Below are positions 28,849 to 38,732 of a stretch of 64,000 nucleotides of DNA, piece after piece (within the stretch, counting starts at the first letter, position 1; the number at the start of each line of letters is the position of its first letter). Both the position numbers and the translations under genes were made by a program. Under the pieces are notes generated by a model that did not search any database, was not told the origin of the DNA, and worked only from the letters and a program-made list of their open reading frames with translations. Source of the stretch: Minisyncoccia bacterium (GTDB lineage: Bacteria > Patescibacteriota > Minisyncoccia > Phycocordibacterales > UBA9973); contig JBAQNN010000002.1 in assembly GCA_049303835.1 (NCBI GenBank), positions 161,978 through 225,977 of the forward strand, in the 5' to 3' direction.

Positions 28849-30174
28849 TTAAGGTGTAAGGGTTATATTTTCTTCCTGTCGTGGGGCGGAAATATCCACT
28901 GAACTAACGGAAGTGGTGTACCCAGTTTTAGAAATAGTAAGTGTATAGGTACCACTAACGAGACCATTCCAAAAAACTTGGCCCGGAGTAGAACACGGGA
29001 GAGAGTTTGTTGTCTTGTTTTGATTAAACTCATCTTTTTGTAGTTGTACGGTTGCTCCATCAATAGGATTACCCAGGGAATCTTCTACGGAAATTAGCAG
29101 AGCGTTGTCTAAATGAGGCACGACTACCATTTGTAAGTTTTTATTTTCTCCCGGATTTATTGTAAAACTAGGGAGTAGTGTTGAACCGGCAAAATCATAA
29201 GCAGTAGTGTCCAGTAGTAAATGGTAAGTGTCCCATTCTAAATTGGAAATTGTCTCTTCTCCCGAAGAATCAGTGGAGAAATTTTCAGTGGGGTATTTTA
29301 GAACGGAAGGTGTCCCTATAAGCTTGGTCCCAGTTAGAGAAAAATCAATATTTGGAATCATTATGCAGGATGCATCTACAGAAGAAACATTGAGAGAACT
29401 AACTCTATCTATCAAAAGACTGGTTTGAGTGACTTGTTGCAGTACGACAGTCGCGTCTTCATTGATGGGATTTTCTCCCGCAATTCCAGATTTGGGGTAT
29501 GTTTGGTCTTCGGTGTATCCAGATTTGGTGGCGATGATATTGTAAGTATTTATTCCCGGGGGTACATCCACTATTTTTACCCAACCAGTATTGTCAGTTA
29601 TTTCATTTATAATTATGTCCGGATTAGTTGCAGTATTTAAAATACTGACTGAAGTATTTGGTACAGGAATACCAGCGGTGTCAAAGACTTGGATAAAAAG
29701 AGCTCCGTTTGAAGAAGCAGTTTCAAGTGCGTGAGGAGCTACTAGCGTAGTAAATTTTAGGGGTGAAAAAACTTTACAACTTATACAAGTGAGGTCTAAA
29801 TCAACTGATTTATAATCTGCCGGGGAAGTATCTGATGGACTTCCTCCGATTGTTCCATCAAAAGTGTCGTCTATATTTCTTATGGTAGTTTGAACATCAA
29901 AAGAATAGTTATCTTTTGTTATTGTTTCATTTCTTACGATTTTTCCTGCCGGAATACCATTTTCTATACCGATATCATCGTAAGGTAAGTTACGTATAAT
30001 TTCAAATTTTTCATTAGCCAGTGTAGTAGCGGCAAGTTTTGCTTGTGAGATAGAAACTGCGTCCATCAGTACACCAAAAGCCCTATAAGCCGACAATGCT
30101 AGTATGACAAATACCGCACTACCGACTAAAGTTTCTATGAGAGTGAATCCCTTTTTGGTTGTAAGTGAATTCAT
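28849..30174 (-). CDS. Large prepilin-type pilin-like protein (441 aa)
   Basis: MNSLTTKKG-FTLIETLVGSAVFVIL class III signal peptide. Confidence 0.65.
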   Translation of the reverse strand: MNSLTTKKGFTLIETLVGSAVFVILALSAYRAFGVLMDAVSISQAKLAATTLANEKFEIIRNLPYDDIGIENGIPAGKIVRNETITKDNYSFDVQTTIRNIDDTFDGTIGGSPSDTSPADYKSVDLDLTCISCKVFSPLKFTTLVAPHALETASSNGALFIQVFDTAGIPVPNTSVSILNTATNPDIIINEITDNTGWVKIVDVPPGINTYNIIATKSGYTEDQTYPKSGIAGENPINEDATVVLQQVTQTSLLIDRVSSLNVSSVDASCIMIPNIDFSLTGTKLIGTPSVLKYPTENFSTDSSGEETISNLEWDTYHLLLDTTAYDFAGSTLLPSFTINPGENKNLQMVVVPHLDNALLISVEDSLGNPIDGATVQLQKDEFNQNKTTNSLPCSTPGQVFWNGLVSGTYTLTISKTGYTTSVSSVDISAPRQEENITLTP

Positions 30175-30211
30175 TATATATATATTAACGTATTATGATA
30201 TAATTTGCTAT

Positions 30212-30979
30212 ATGGAAAAGAGGAAAATTATAGTTGGTAACTGGAAAATGAATCCCTCCACATTAAAAGAGGCGGAAAAGTTACTTAAAGATATGGTAAA
30301 AAATCTTCCAGCCATCAAAAAGACGGAAATTGTCATTTGCCCGCCATTTTTATATTTGGAAAAGTTAAAGAAAATTTCTCGTAAAATAATCATCGGTGCC
30401 CAAGATGCATTTTATGAAGACGTGGGTGCTTTTACTGGAGAAGTTTCTGCCGAGATGCTTTGTGGTGTTGGCGCCAGGTATGTTATTTTAGGTCATTCTG
30501 AGCGACGGGAAATGGGTGAAAATAATAATGATATAAATAAAAAAATAAAAAGTGCACTCGTAGCCGGGCTTCATCCCATATTATGTGTAGGAGAAAGTGT
30601 CCGAGACCCTGATCATGGTTATTTCAACCTAGTGAAAACACAATTAGAGGGATGTTTGCTTGGTATCTCTAAAAATTCAGTGGCAAAGATAATTATCGCT
30701 TACGAACCTATTTGGGCGATCTCCAGCACTCTCAATCGTGTAGATGCCACTCCTGAAGATTCTATGGAAATGGCTATTTTTATCCGAAAAGTTCTGGCTG
30801 ATAAATTCGGGAAGGATGCGTCTGGTGTGAGAATTATTTATGGGGGTTCTGTGAATGGAAAAAATGCTGAAGATTTTTTAAAAAATGGCGGAGTGGACGG
30901 GCTACTTCCCGGACGCGCTTCCCTGGATGCGAAAAAATTTATAGAGATAATAAAAATATGCGAGACCTCAAGCCGATAA
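30212..30979 (+). CDS. tpiA: Triosephosphate isomerase
   Basis: IVGNWKMN, AYEPIWAI and GGS motifs. The true start is the internal ATG of the track ORF 30104..30979. Confidence 0.9.
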   Translation: MEKRKIIVGNWKMNPSTLKEAEKLLKDMVKNLPAIKKTEIVICPPFLYLEKLKKISRKIIIGAQDAFYEDVGAFTGEVSAEMLCGVGARYVILGHSERREMGENNNDINKKIKSALVAGLHPILCVGESVRDPDHGYFNLVKTQLEGCLLGISKNSVAKIIIAYEPIWAISSTLNRVDATPEDSMEMAIFIRKVLADKFGKDASGVRIIYGGSVNGKNAEDFLKNGGVDGLLPGRASLDAKKFIEIIKICETSSR

Positions 30980-31989
30980 AATCTATAAGCAAAAATTTAA
31001 AAGGTAAAACCGTGCTAGTGCGGGTAGATTTTAATGTTCCCATAAGGGCTGGTGTCGTAGAAGACGACTTTCGCATAAAAGCAGCTTTGCCGACAATTAA
31101 TTTTTTGTTGAAAAAAGGAGCAAAAATAATTTTGGTTACCCACCTGGGTGAAGATGGTACAGCGAGTTTGGGTCCGGTGATAAAACGTTTTTTTGATATT
31201 TCTAAAATAGATCCAGATAGGGTTGAGTTTTTTGACAATATCAGAAAATTTCCGGGTGAGATGAAAAACGATAAAATCTTTGCCAAAAAACTCTCCGAAA
31301 TGGGGGACCTATATGTAAATGATGCGTTTTCAGTTTCTCACCGTGAACACGCTTCAATAGTATCACTTCCAAAATATTTGCCCCATTTTGCTGGTCTACA
31401 ATTGGAAAAAGAGATTAAAAATCTATCTCATGTGCTAAAAAAGCCGAAACGTCCATTTTTGTTTATTTTAAGTGGAGCAAAATTTTCCACTAAAATTCCT
31501 TTAATAGAGAAGTATCTAAAATTAGCGGATTATGTATTTGTCGGCGGAGCATTGGCAAACTATCTTTTGAAAGCTAAAGGTTGTGAGATAGGAAAATCTT
31601 TGGTTGATGAAAATAAATATGATGTCACAAAAATTTTGAATAGCTCCAAATTGATTTTGCCCACTGACTTTGTCGTAGAGAATGATGCCATTGTAGATAT
31701 TGGAGACGAGTCGGTGAAAAATTTAGCAGCAATAATTAAAAAATCTAAACTCATTCTTTTAAATGGCCCACTTGGGAAGTATGAAGAAGGAGAGACCAAA
31801 GCCACAAAAAAAGTTTTAAAATTGATAGCAAGTTCAAAGGCTGAAAGCATCATTGGGGGAGGAGATACAGTCACCATGGTTTCAAAAATGAAAATGGCAA
31901 ATAAATTTTCATTTGTCTCTACTGGCGGCGGCGCCACACTAGATTTCTTGGTGAATGGAACCCTGCCCGGGATCAAAGCTCTGAAATAA
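30958..31989 (+). CDS. pgk: Phosphoglycerate kinase (compact, 343 aa)
   Basis: VLVRVDFNVP N-terminal motif; C-terminal GGGATLDFL. Confidence 0.9.
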   Translation: MRDLKPIKSISKNLKGKTVLVRVDFNVPIRAGVVEDDFRIKAALPTINFLLKKGAKIILVTHLGEDGTASLGPVIKRFFDISKIDPDRVEFFDNIRKFPGEMKNDKIFAKKLSEMGDLYVNDAFSVSHREHASIVSLPKYLPHFAGLQLEKEIKNLSHVLKKPKRPFLFILSGAKFSTKIPLIEKYLKLADYVFVGGALANYLLKAKGCEIGKSLVDENKYDVTKILNSSKLILPTDFVVENDAIVDIGDESVKNLAAIIKKSKLILLNGPLGKYEEGETKATKKVLKLIASSKAESIIGGGDTVTMVSKMKMANKFSFVSTGGGATLDFLVNGTLPGIKALK

Positions 31990-32380
31990 TTTTATTTAAA
32001 ATTTCTTCTTTTTCTCCCTCTTTATATTCTATCGTTTTTTCCGGATTTGGTCCGTGGGGATGTTGGTCTCCTTCAAATTTTGGAATTAAGTGAATGTGTG
32101 CATGAGGAACTCCTAATCCATAGACAACATAAGAGACCACGACAGGATTGAGTGCTTTTTGGATCGCGATAGATATTTTTCTTGCGACTTCCCAATATTT
32201 TCCAAAGGGCTCATATTCGTTTACCCATTTAACATGTTTTTTGGGAATCAAAAGAGTATGTCCTTGGTTTAATGGTTTTATGTCTAAAAATGCAAAGAAA
32301 TCAGAATCCTCATAAATCTTTGAGCTTGGTATTTCTCCTTTTGAAATTTTACAAAAAATACAAGGGTCATTATTTTCCAT
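31973..32380 (-). CDS. HIT-family (histidine triad) protein
   Basis: CIFCKI ... HAHIHLIP. The upstream part of track ORF 31973..32749 is judged a spurious extension. Confidence 0.8.
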   Translation of the reverse strand: MENNDPCIFCKISKGEIPSSKIYEDSDFFAFLDIKPLNQGHTLLIPKKHVKWVNEYEPFGKYWEVARKISIAIQKALNPVVVSYVVYGLGVPHAHIHLIPKFEGDQHPHGPNPEKTIEYKEGEKEEILNKIISEL

Positions 32381-32416
32381 AATATTTATTTTATCATATG
32401 TGTTAAAATATGTCTT

Positions 32417-34069
32417 ATGCAGAAATACCATGAATTGCTGAGAGCTCTCTTGGAAAAAAGGGGAATCACAGACGAGAAACAAGCTGAAATTTTTTTGAAT
32501 CCGAATTACGAACGGGATTTGCATGACCCATTTCTGATGAAGGATATGGAAAAGGCCTGTGTCAGATTGTTTGAAGCGATAGAAGCAAAAGAAAAGATAA
32601 TTATTTATGCGGACTATGACTGTGATGGCATCCCCGGGGCGGTTATTTTGAATGATTTGTTTAATTTGCTCGGATACAAAAACTATGAAGTTTATATTCC
32701 ACAGAGAAATTCCGAAGGGTATGGGCTCAATATGGAAGCGATAAAACAATTTGTAGAATCAGGAGTGAAGCTGATAATCACTATTGACCTCGGCATCACG
32801 GCAGTAGCAGAAGTAGCTCAAGCGGAAGTAGGTGGTATAGAGGTGATAATTACCGACCACCATCTTCCAAAAGAAATGTTGCCACGAGCTTTTGCTATTT
32901 TAAATCCAAAAGTAGATGATTATCCGGAGAAAATGTTGTGCGGAGCGGGTGTTATGTTTAAATTTATACAAGGATTTATAAAAAAATATAGTGAATTTTT
33001 TAAGATAAAAGTCGGACAGGAAAAATGGATGCTAGACATGGCAGGACTAGCTACGCTTTCCGACATGGTTCCGCTCTCGGGGGAAAACAGAGCCATTGCA
33101 TATTTCGGTATGAAAGTTTTAAGAAAATCTCCACGACCCGGATTACAAAAGCTATTGGCTAAAATGAATATTGTTCAAAAATACCTGGGAGAAGATGATA
33201 TCGGTTTTATGGTTACTCCTCGTCTAAACGCTGCCTCACGCATGGATGATCCAATGCGAGCATACGAACTTCTCTCAACAGAAGATGAAAAAGAGGCTGG
33301 TGTTTTGGCGGATCATTTGTCAAAAATAAATGATGACAGAAAGACGATTGTCACGAGCATCATGCGTGAAGCAAATAAAAAACTGGAAACGCATGACCAT
33401 AAAGAGGTGATAGTCATAGGAAAACCAGAATGGCGAGTAGGAATTTTGGGGCTTGTAGCTGGAAAAATTTCGGATGAATATAAAAAACCTGTTTTTGTTT
33501 GGGGTAAAGATGAAAACGATTTGATTAAAGGTTCTTGTCGGAGTGATGGATCTGTCTCTGTCGTGGAATTGATGACCGAAACCCGGGAATCTTTTTTGGA
33601 GTTTGGTGGACATGAACTTGCTGGGGGATTTACTGTTCACAGCGATAAAATACACTTCTTGGAAGACGCTTTATCTTTGTCTTTTCATAAAGTAAAGCGA
33701 GATAAATCGGCAAACGAGGTGGCCTATGACGTAAAATCAGATTTGGCCGTAGTCAATATGAAAAACTGGAAAGAGATAGCGAAGTTGTCTCCTTTTGGAT
33801 TTGGAAATACAAAACCCGTTTTTCTTTTTGAAAATGTAAAAATAGAAAAGATAAAAAAATTTGGGAAAAATGGTTCGGGAGAACATTTAGAGATTGTCTT
33901 TTCTGATACAAACAAATATAAAGCTGTGGCGATTTCTTTTTTTTCCAGTCAGGATTCTTTTGCAGTTCCTGTTGCGGAAGGCGGGAGGGTCAATCTGCTG
34001 GCCACTTTTGATTTATCTAGGTTTCGGGGGAAAGAAGAGTTAAGATTGAGGATAGAAGATATAATATAA
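32417..34069 (+). CDS. recJ: Single-stranded-DNA-specific exonuclease RecJ
   Basis: DHH (IYADYDCDG, ITDHH) and DHHA1 domains. Confidence 0.85.
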   Translation: MQKYHELLRALLEKRGITDEKQAEIFLNPNYERDLHDPFLMKDMEKACVRLFEAIEAKEKIIIYADYDCDGIPGAVILNDLFNLLGYKNYEVYIPQRNSEGYGLNMEAIKQFVESGVKLIITIDLGITAVAEVAQAEVGGIEVIITDHHLPKEMLPRAFAILNPKVDDYPEKMLCGAGVMFKFIQGFIKKYSEFFKIKVGQEKWMLDMAGLATLSDMVPLSGENRAIAYFGMKVLRKSPRPGLQKLLAKMNIVQKYLGEDDIGFMVTPRLNAASRMDDPMRAYELLSTEDEKEAGVLADHLSKINDDRKTIVTSIMREANKKLETHDHKEVIVIGKPEWRVGILGLVAGKISDEYKKPVFVWGKDENDLIKGSCRSDGSVSVVELMTETRESFLEFGGHELAGGFTVHSDKIHFLEDALSLSFHKVKRDKSANEVAYDVKSDLAVVNMKNWKEIAKLSPFGFGNTKPVFLFENVKIEKIKKFGKNGSGEHLEIVFSDTNKYKAVAISFFSSQDSFAVPVAEGGRVNLLATFDLSRFRGKEELRLRIEDII

Positions 34070-34071
34070 AT

Positions 34072-34551
34072 ATGATAGAAGATACGATTAAAATTTATAC
34101 CGACGGGGCGGCCAGAGGGAACCCTGGACGTGCAGGTTGGGGGAGTGTCTTTATTTATGGAAAAGATATTTTTGAAATTGGAGGAAGGTCAGACCACGCG
34201 ACAAACAATCAAATGGAGCTTACTGCCCCAATAGAAGCACTCAAATATCTAAAAAATAACATACCCAAAACGGTCTTTGATATTGAGATTGTGTCGGACT
34301 CAAAGTATGTGATTCTGGGAATTACCGAGTGGATTTTCAATTGGCAAAAAAATAATTGGCGCAATGCCGGGAAGAAGCCTGTTTTGAACCGCGAACTCTG
34401 GGAAGAACTTTATAAGCTTACAGAAGAATTCAAGCCCAAATGGACTTATGTGAAAGGGCATAGTGGAGACAAATACAATGACAGGGTAGATGAGATAGCT
34501 ACAAGCTTCGCGGATGACAATCCGACAGATTTGAAGAATAAAATATTTTAA
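34072..34551 (+). CDS. rnhA: Ribonuclease HI
   Basis: YTDGAARGNPG ... NNQMEL ... DSKYV ... HSG..N..D DEDD-type active site. Confidence 0.85.
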   Translation: MIEDTIKIYTDGAARGNPGRAGWGSVFIYGKDIFEIGGRSDHATNNQMELTAPIEALKYLKNNIPKTVFDIEIVSDSKYVILGITEWIFNWQKNNWRNAGKKPVLNRELWEELYKLTEEFKPKWTYVKGHSGDKYNDRVDEIATSFADDNPTDLKNKIF

Positions 34552-36042
34552 ATGCGAGATAAAATTTTTTATGTGGTATGTTTTGGTTTCCTGTTTGGGG
34601 TGCTTTGGCGTTCTTTTGTTGTTTTGGATTTATATTTTGTTGTTTTGTTTACAGTAATTTCGGTAGCACTTTTTTTATTTTTTACTTTAATTAGCAAGAA
34701 TAAATGGGGAATATTATTTTCTATTTTTATTTTTGTATTTTCTTTAGGGATTTTTAGATTTAGCATGGTTGATGTTGTTAATCCTGTTGTTTTTGAATCG
34801 CAGGTGGGGCAGAAAGTGAATTTATATGGAGAGATTATAGACGAACCAAACATCAAAGAAAACAGCCAACAGCTGGTAGTAGAGATAAAAATTGAAGAAA
34901 ATACAACTAAAATTTTATTGTCTGTTAATTTAGGTGAATATTATAGATATGGAGACGAGGTAAATTTTATTGGGATTCTAAAAAAACCCGAAAATTTTAT
35001 TACGGATACGGGTAAAGAATTTGACTATGTAAATTACTTGCGCAAAGATGGAATTTTGTATGTGATGAGCTACCCAAAAATTGAAGTTCTATCCCGGGGT
35101 AATGGCAATATGGTGAGGAGTGCCCTTTTTTCTACCAAAGAAAAATTCTTAGAAAAAGTGAATTTTGCCATTTCTGCTCCAGAAAATTTACTCATGGGAG
35201 GGCTCATTTTGGGAGAAAAGGCATCTTTTGATGAGTCCATGCGTCAGAGTTTTGTAGATACGGGTACGATACATATCGTAGCGCTCTCTGGGTACAACAT
35301 AACTATCGTGGCTGAATGGGTTATGAAATTATTTAATTTCTTGCCCCAAAATCTGGGGATTGGTGCGGGTATTTTTGCAATTTTGCTTTTTGTTTTGATG
35401 ACTGGAGGAGGTTCCACTGCAGTTCGGGCGGGGATAATGGCTACCTTAGCGCTTGTCGCCCGTGCGACCGGTAGAAATTATGATGTCGCGCGGGCACTGG
35501 CTCTGGCTGGAGTTTTTATGGTTCTTTTAAATCCCTTTTTGCTTGTATTTGATGTTTCTTTTCAGCTTTCTTTTATTGCTACGATGGCCGTGATATTTTT
35601 GGCTCCAAAGATTGAAAAATATTTTATGTGGGCACCTGTGCGTTTTGGTTTACGGGACATTTTCTCGGTCACTACCGCTGCCTATCTCTTTGTTCTTCCT
35701 TTTATTCTTTACAAAATGGGTAATTTTTCTTTAGTCGCTCTGCCTGCAAACATTTTGATACTTCCTTTTATTCCATTTACGATGATGTTAGGTTTCTTGA
35801 CCGGCCTGGCGGGAATAATTTGGTACGTTTTAGCTGTTCCCTTTGGCTTTTTCTCGTATTTATTTTTGCATTATGAGCTTGGAGTTATAAGTTTCTTTTC
35901 TAAATTGCCGTTTGCGGCTTTTTCCTTTCCAAATTTTCCATTTTTCCTGACCATTGCTGTATACGCCTATTTTATTTATAGACTTTTTGGAAGAAGTATA
36001 AAAGAATTCTTTATTGAGCCTCCAGAAAGTTCTTCTCAATAA
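34552..36042 (+). CDS. comEC: ComEC/Rec2 competence channel: DUF4131 plus polytopic competence domain, lacking the MBL domain
   Basis: Membrane topology and conserved competence-domain region (ALSGYNITIV, GGGSTAVRAG); ends where sodA begins on the opposite strand. Confidence 0.75.
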   Translation: MRDKIFYVVCFGFLFGVLWRSFVVLDLYFVVLFTVISVALFLFFTLISKNKWGILFSIFIFVFSLGIFRFSMVDVVNPVVFESQVGQKVNLYGEIIDEPNIKENSQQLVVEIKIEENTTKILLSVNLGEYYRYGDEVNFIGILKKPENFITDTGKEFDYVNYLRKDGILYVMSYPKIEVLSRGNGNMVRSALFSTKEKFLEKVNFAISAPENLLMGGLILGEKASFDESMRQSFVDTGTIHIVALSGYNITIVAEWVMKLFNFLPQNLGIGAGIFAILLFVLMTGGGSTAVRAGIMATLALVARATGRNYDVARALALAGVFMVLLNPFLLVFDVSFQLSFIATMAVIFLAPKIEKYFMWAPVRFGLRDIFSVTTAAYLFVLPFILYKMGNFSLVALPANILILPFIPFTMMLGFLTGLAGIIWYVLAVPFGFFSYLFLHYELGVISFFSKLPFAAFSFPNFPFFLTIAVYAYFIYRLFGRSIKEFFIEPPESSSQ

Positions 36043-36613
36043 CTTCCCAATTTAGATTTTCAAAAAACGCTTCTATATATTTTTTCTTTTCCGAGGTGGC
36101 GTAATCATATACATAAGCATGTTCCCACATATCTATGCCAAGTATCCAATTGAGTCCATTTAATTGACCCATGTGTTGTTCATCTATCCAAACAGAGATG
36201 AGCTCATTCGTTTGTTTATCATAATAAAGTACTGCCCAGCCTACTCCGCGGGTCATAGCGAGAGTCTTAAAGCCGGAGAGCCAAATATCAAAAGATGGCA
36301 TTTGCTTCTCTATGGCTATTTTTAGTTTTGAACCTTCGGGTAACATTCTTGCTCCTCCTTCCAGAGATTTAAAGTAATATTCATGATTGCGCATCCCGTT
36401 CCACTCAAAACTAAATCTACGATGAAGCTCACTTACGACGTAGGGCGCGAAAACGTCTTCTTTGGCGTATCCTTCATATTCTGGAATTTTTTCTAAAATA
36501 GAATTGGTGTTTTTAACATAGCCCGCGTAGAGCTTCAAATGCTCTTCAATATTCTTCTTTGAAATTCCTTTTAATTCTCCTATATTAAATTTTATTTCTT
36601 CGTATTTTTTCAT
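36011..36613 (-). CDS. sodA: Fe/Mn superoxide dismutase
   Basis: DMWEHAYY, HH...NG and FEWNG motifs; 200 aa. Confidence 0.9.
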   Translation of the reverse strand: MKKYEEIKFNIGELKGISKKNIEEHLKLYAGYVKNTNSILEKIPEYEGYAKEDVFAPYVVSELHRRFSFEWNGMRNHEYYFKSLEGGARMLPEGSKLKIAIEKQMPSFDIWLSGFKTLAMTRGVGWAVLYYDKQTNELISVWIDEQHMGQLNGLNWILGIDMWEHAYVYDYATSEKKKYIEAFFENLNWEVIEKNFLEAQ

Positions 36614-36627
36614 GTTAATATTATAAC

Positions 36628-37491
36628 ATGCTTGAAAAAAGCAAAAAGTATTATCTATTAGTAAGTATTTTTATACTTTTTGCAACAAACATCTTTCTTT
36701 TTCATTTGGATCGGCAGAATTCTCACCGGATGCTGACCTTTGCGATGTTGGATGTGGGGCAGGGGGATGCCATTTTTATAGAGTCTCCGACTGGTACACA
36801 GGTTATGTTTGATATTGGAGGAGCGCGTAAAATTTTAGGACCGTTTTCCAAATTGATGTCTCCCTTTGATAGGACGATAGATGCAGTCTTTATCACCAAT
36901 CCAGACGCTGACCACATCGGTGGGTTTCCTGATATTTTCAAAAATTATAAAGTAGGGGTGGTTTTTGAGTCTGGCACCTTAAATGATTCCAAGACTTTCC
37001 AAAACTTAAAAACAGAAATTAAGAATCAAAATATTCCAAATATTTTAGCCCAAAAAGGGATGAGGATTCACATCGGTGGCGGGGCCCTTATTGATATTTT
37101 ATTTCCTGATCGTGATGTTTCGTCATGGACGACGAATGACGGATCTATCGTGGCGCGTCTGACTTATGGCGATAACTCAATAATGCTCACCGGTGACAGT
37201 ACTACTAAAACTGAAAAAGTCATTCTCTCAGAAAACAGCAAAGAGCAACTACAGAGTACTTTTTTGAAAGTCGGGCATCATGGCTCACGTACCTCTACCT
37301 CCTTTTCATTCGTAAAAACGGTTTCCCCGAAGTATGCGTTGATTTCTGTGGGTAAAGAAAACAAATATGGACACCCGCATACTGATACACTTGCCACCCT
37401 GACGCAATCCGGGGCGAAAATTTTACGTACGGATCTGCTTGGAACAATAATTATAAAATGTGTTAGAATGGGCGTATGCGAGACAAACTAG
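36628..37491 (+). CDS. ComEC C-terminal metallo-beta-lactamase domain as a separate ORF with its own TM anchor
   Basis: LDVGQGDAIFIE, NPDADHIGG and VGHHGS motifs. Confidence 0.75.
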   Translation: MLEKSKKYYLLVSIFILFATNIFLFHLDRQNSHRMLTFAMLDVGQGDAIFIESPTGTQVMFDIGGARKILGPFSKLMSPFDRTIDAVFITNPDADHIGGFPDIFKNYKVGVVFESGTLNDSKTFQNLKTEIKNQNIPNILAQKGMRIHIGGGALIDILFPDRDVSSWTTNDGSIVARLTYGDNSIMLTGDSTTKTEKVILSENSKEQLQSTFLKVGHHGSRTSTSFSFVKTVSPKYALISVGKENKYGHPHTDTLATLTQSGAKILRTDLLGTIIIKCVRMGVCETN

Positions 37492-38720
37492 TAGAGAAAT
37501 TTATTAAAAATGAAGAAAAAAGACAGAGAGAAGGGCTGGAACTGATCCCTTCCGAAAACTATGTTTCCGAAGATGTTTTAAGGGCCAATGGTTCTGTCTT
37601 TACCAATAAATACTCCGAAGGTTATCCTGGGCGCAGATATTATGGAGGGCAGGATTTTACCGATGCGGTGGAGAGGTTGGCGATAGAACGCGCTTGTAAA
37701 TTATTCAAATGTAAATTCGCGAATGTTCAACCTCATTCTGGTGCTCCGGCAAACCTCGCTGTGTATGCTGCACTTCTAAATCCTGGAGATACCGTGCTTG
37801 GCATGGATTTGTCTCACGGAGGGCATCTTACTCATGGACATCCGATGACCCTTCCGGCTAAGATTTACAAATTCGTCACCTATAAAATGAAAGACCCGGA
37901 TACGGGTGAAATTGATTACGAAGATTTACGGAAAGTGGCGTTGGAACACAACCCAAAAATAATTTTAGCGGGATTTTCCGCTTATCCACGCACTTTAAAC
38001 TATAAAAAGTTTGTAGAGATTGCTCGTGAAGTCGGGGCAGTGACTGTGGCGGATATGGCGCATATCGCCGGGCTCATCGCCGCCGGGGTACTTCGTAATC
38101 CTTTTGATGACGGATTTGACGTCATCACTTCCACGACCCACAAGACTCTTCGTGGTCCGCGTGGGGGAATTATTTTGACTCGCGAGAACGAAGAAATAGC
38201 CAAGAAAATTGATAAATCTGTTTTTCCCGGCATTCAAGGTGGTCCTCATATGCACACCATTGCCGCGAAAGCAGTAGCCTTTGGAGAAGCGATGAAGCCG
38301 GCCTATAAAAAGTATGCCAAGCAAATTTTGAAAAATGCGAAAGCGATGGAAGAAGTTTTCCGTAAAAATAAAATCAGGATGATAGGAGGTGGAACAGACA
38401 ATCACCTCATCCTCGCTGATGTCTATGGTTCGCTGGGAGTCACAGGTAAAGAAGCGCAGACGGTATTGGACGAAGTGGGCATAACTCTTAATATGAACTC
38501 TATCGCGGGGGATACTAGAAAACCGCTTGATCCTTCCGGTATTAGATTTGGCACTCCGGCCATAACCACGAGAGGATTTAAGGAGAAAGAATGCAAAAAG
38601 GTCGCAGAGTTGATGATTGAAGTGCTTAAAAATAAAGATAATAAAAAAATAAAAGAATTTGCGCATAAAGAAATTAAAAATTTAGCCAAAAAATTTCCCA
38701 TACCAAAGAAATTTGTCTAG
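37476..38720 (+). CDS. glyA: Serine hydroxymethyltransferase
   Basis: LELIPSENYVS...YSEGYPGRRYYGG; PLP Lys region TTHKTLRGPRGG. Confidence 0.9.
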   Translation: MRDKLVEKFIKNEEKRQREGLELIPSENYVSEDVLRANGSVFTNKYSEGYPGRRYYGGQDFTDAVERLAIERACKLFKCKFANVQPHSGAPANLAVYAALLNPGDTVLGMDLSHGGHLTHGHPMTLPAKIYKFVTYKMKDPDTGEIDYEDLRKVALEHNPKIILAGFSAYPRTLNYKKFVEIAREVGAVTVADMAHIAGLIAAGVLRNPFDDGFDVITSTTHKTLRGPRGGIILTRENEEIAKKIDKSVFPGIQGGPHMHTIAAKAVAFGEAMKPAYKKYAKQILKNAKAMEEVFRKNKIRMIGGGTDNHLILADVYGSLGVTGKEAQTVLDEVGITLNMNSIAGDTRKPLDPSGIRFGTPAITTRGFKEKECKKVAELMIEVLKNKDNKKIKEFAHKEIKNLAKKFPIPKKFV

Positions 38721-38732
38721 AAAATTAAAATT

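Noticed and set aside
30104-30211. N-terminal extension of tpiA in the ORF track
   Set aside because: It overlaps the divergent pilin gene start. TIM conserved sequence begins at the internal MEKRKIIVGNWKMN
31973-32749. 258-aa minus-strand ORF
   Set aside because: Only the C-terminal 136 aa (from MENNDPCIFCK) is HIT-family. The upstream 123 aa is AT-rich junk overlapping the recJ start and promoter
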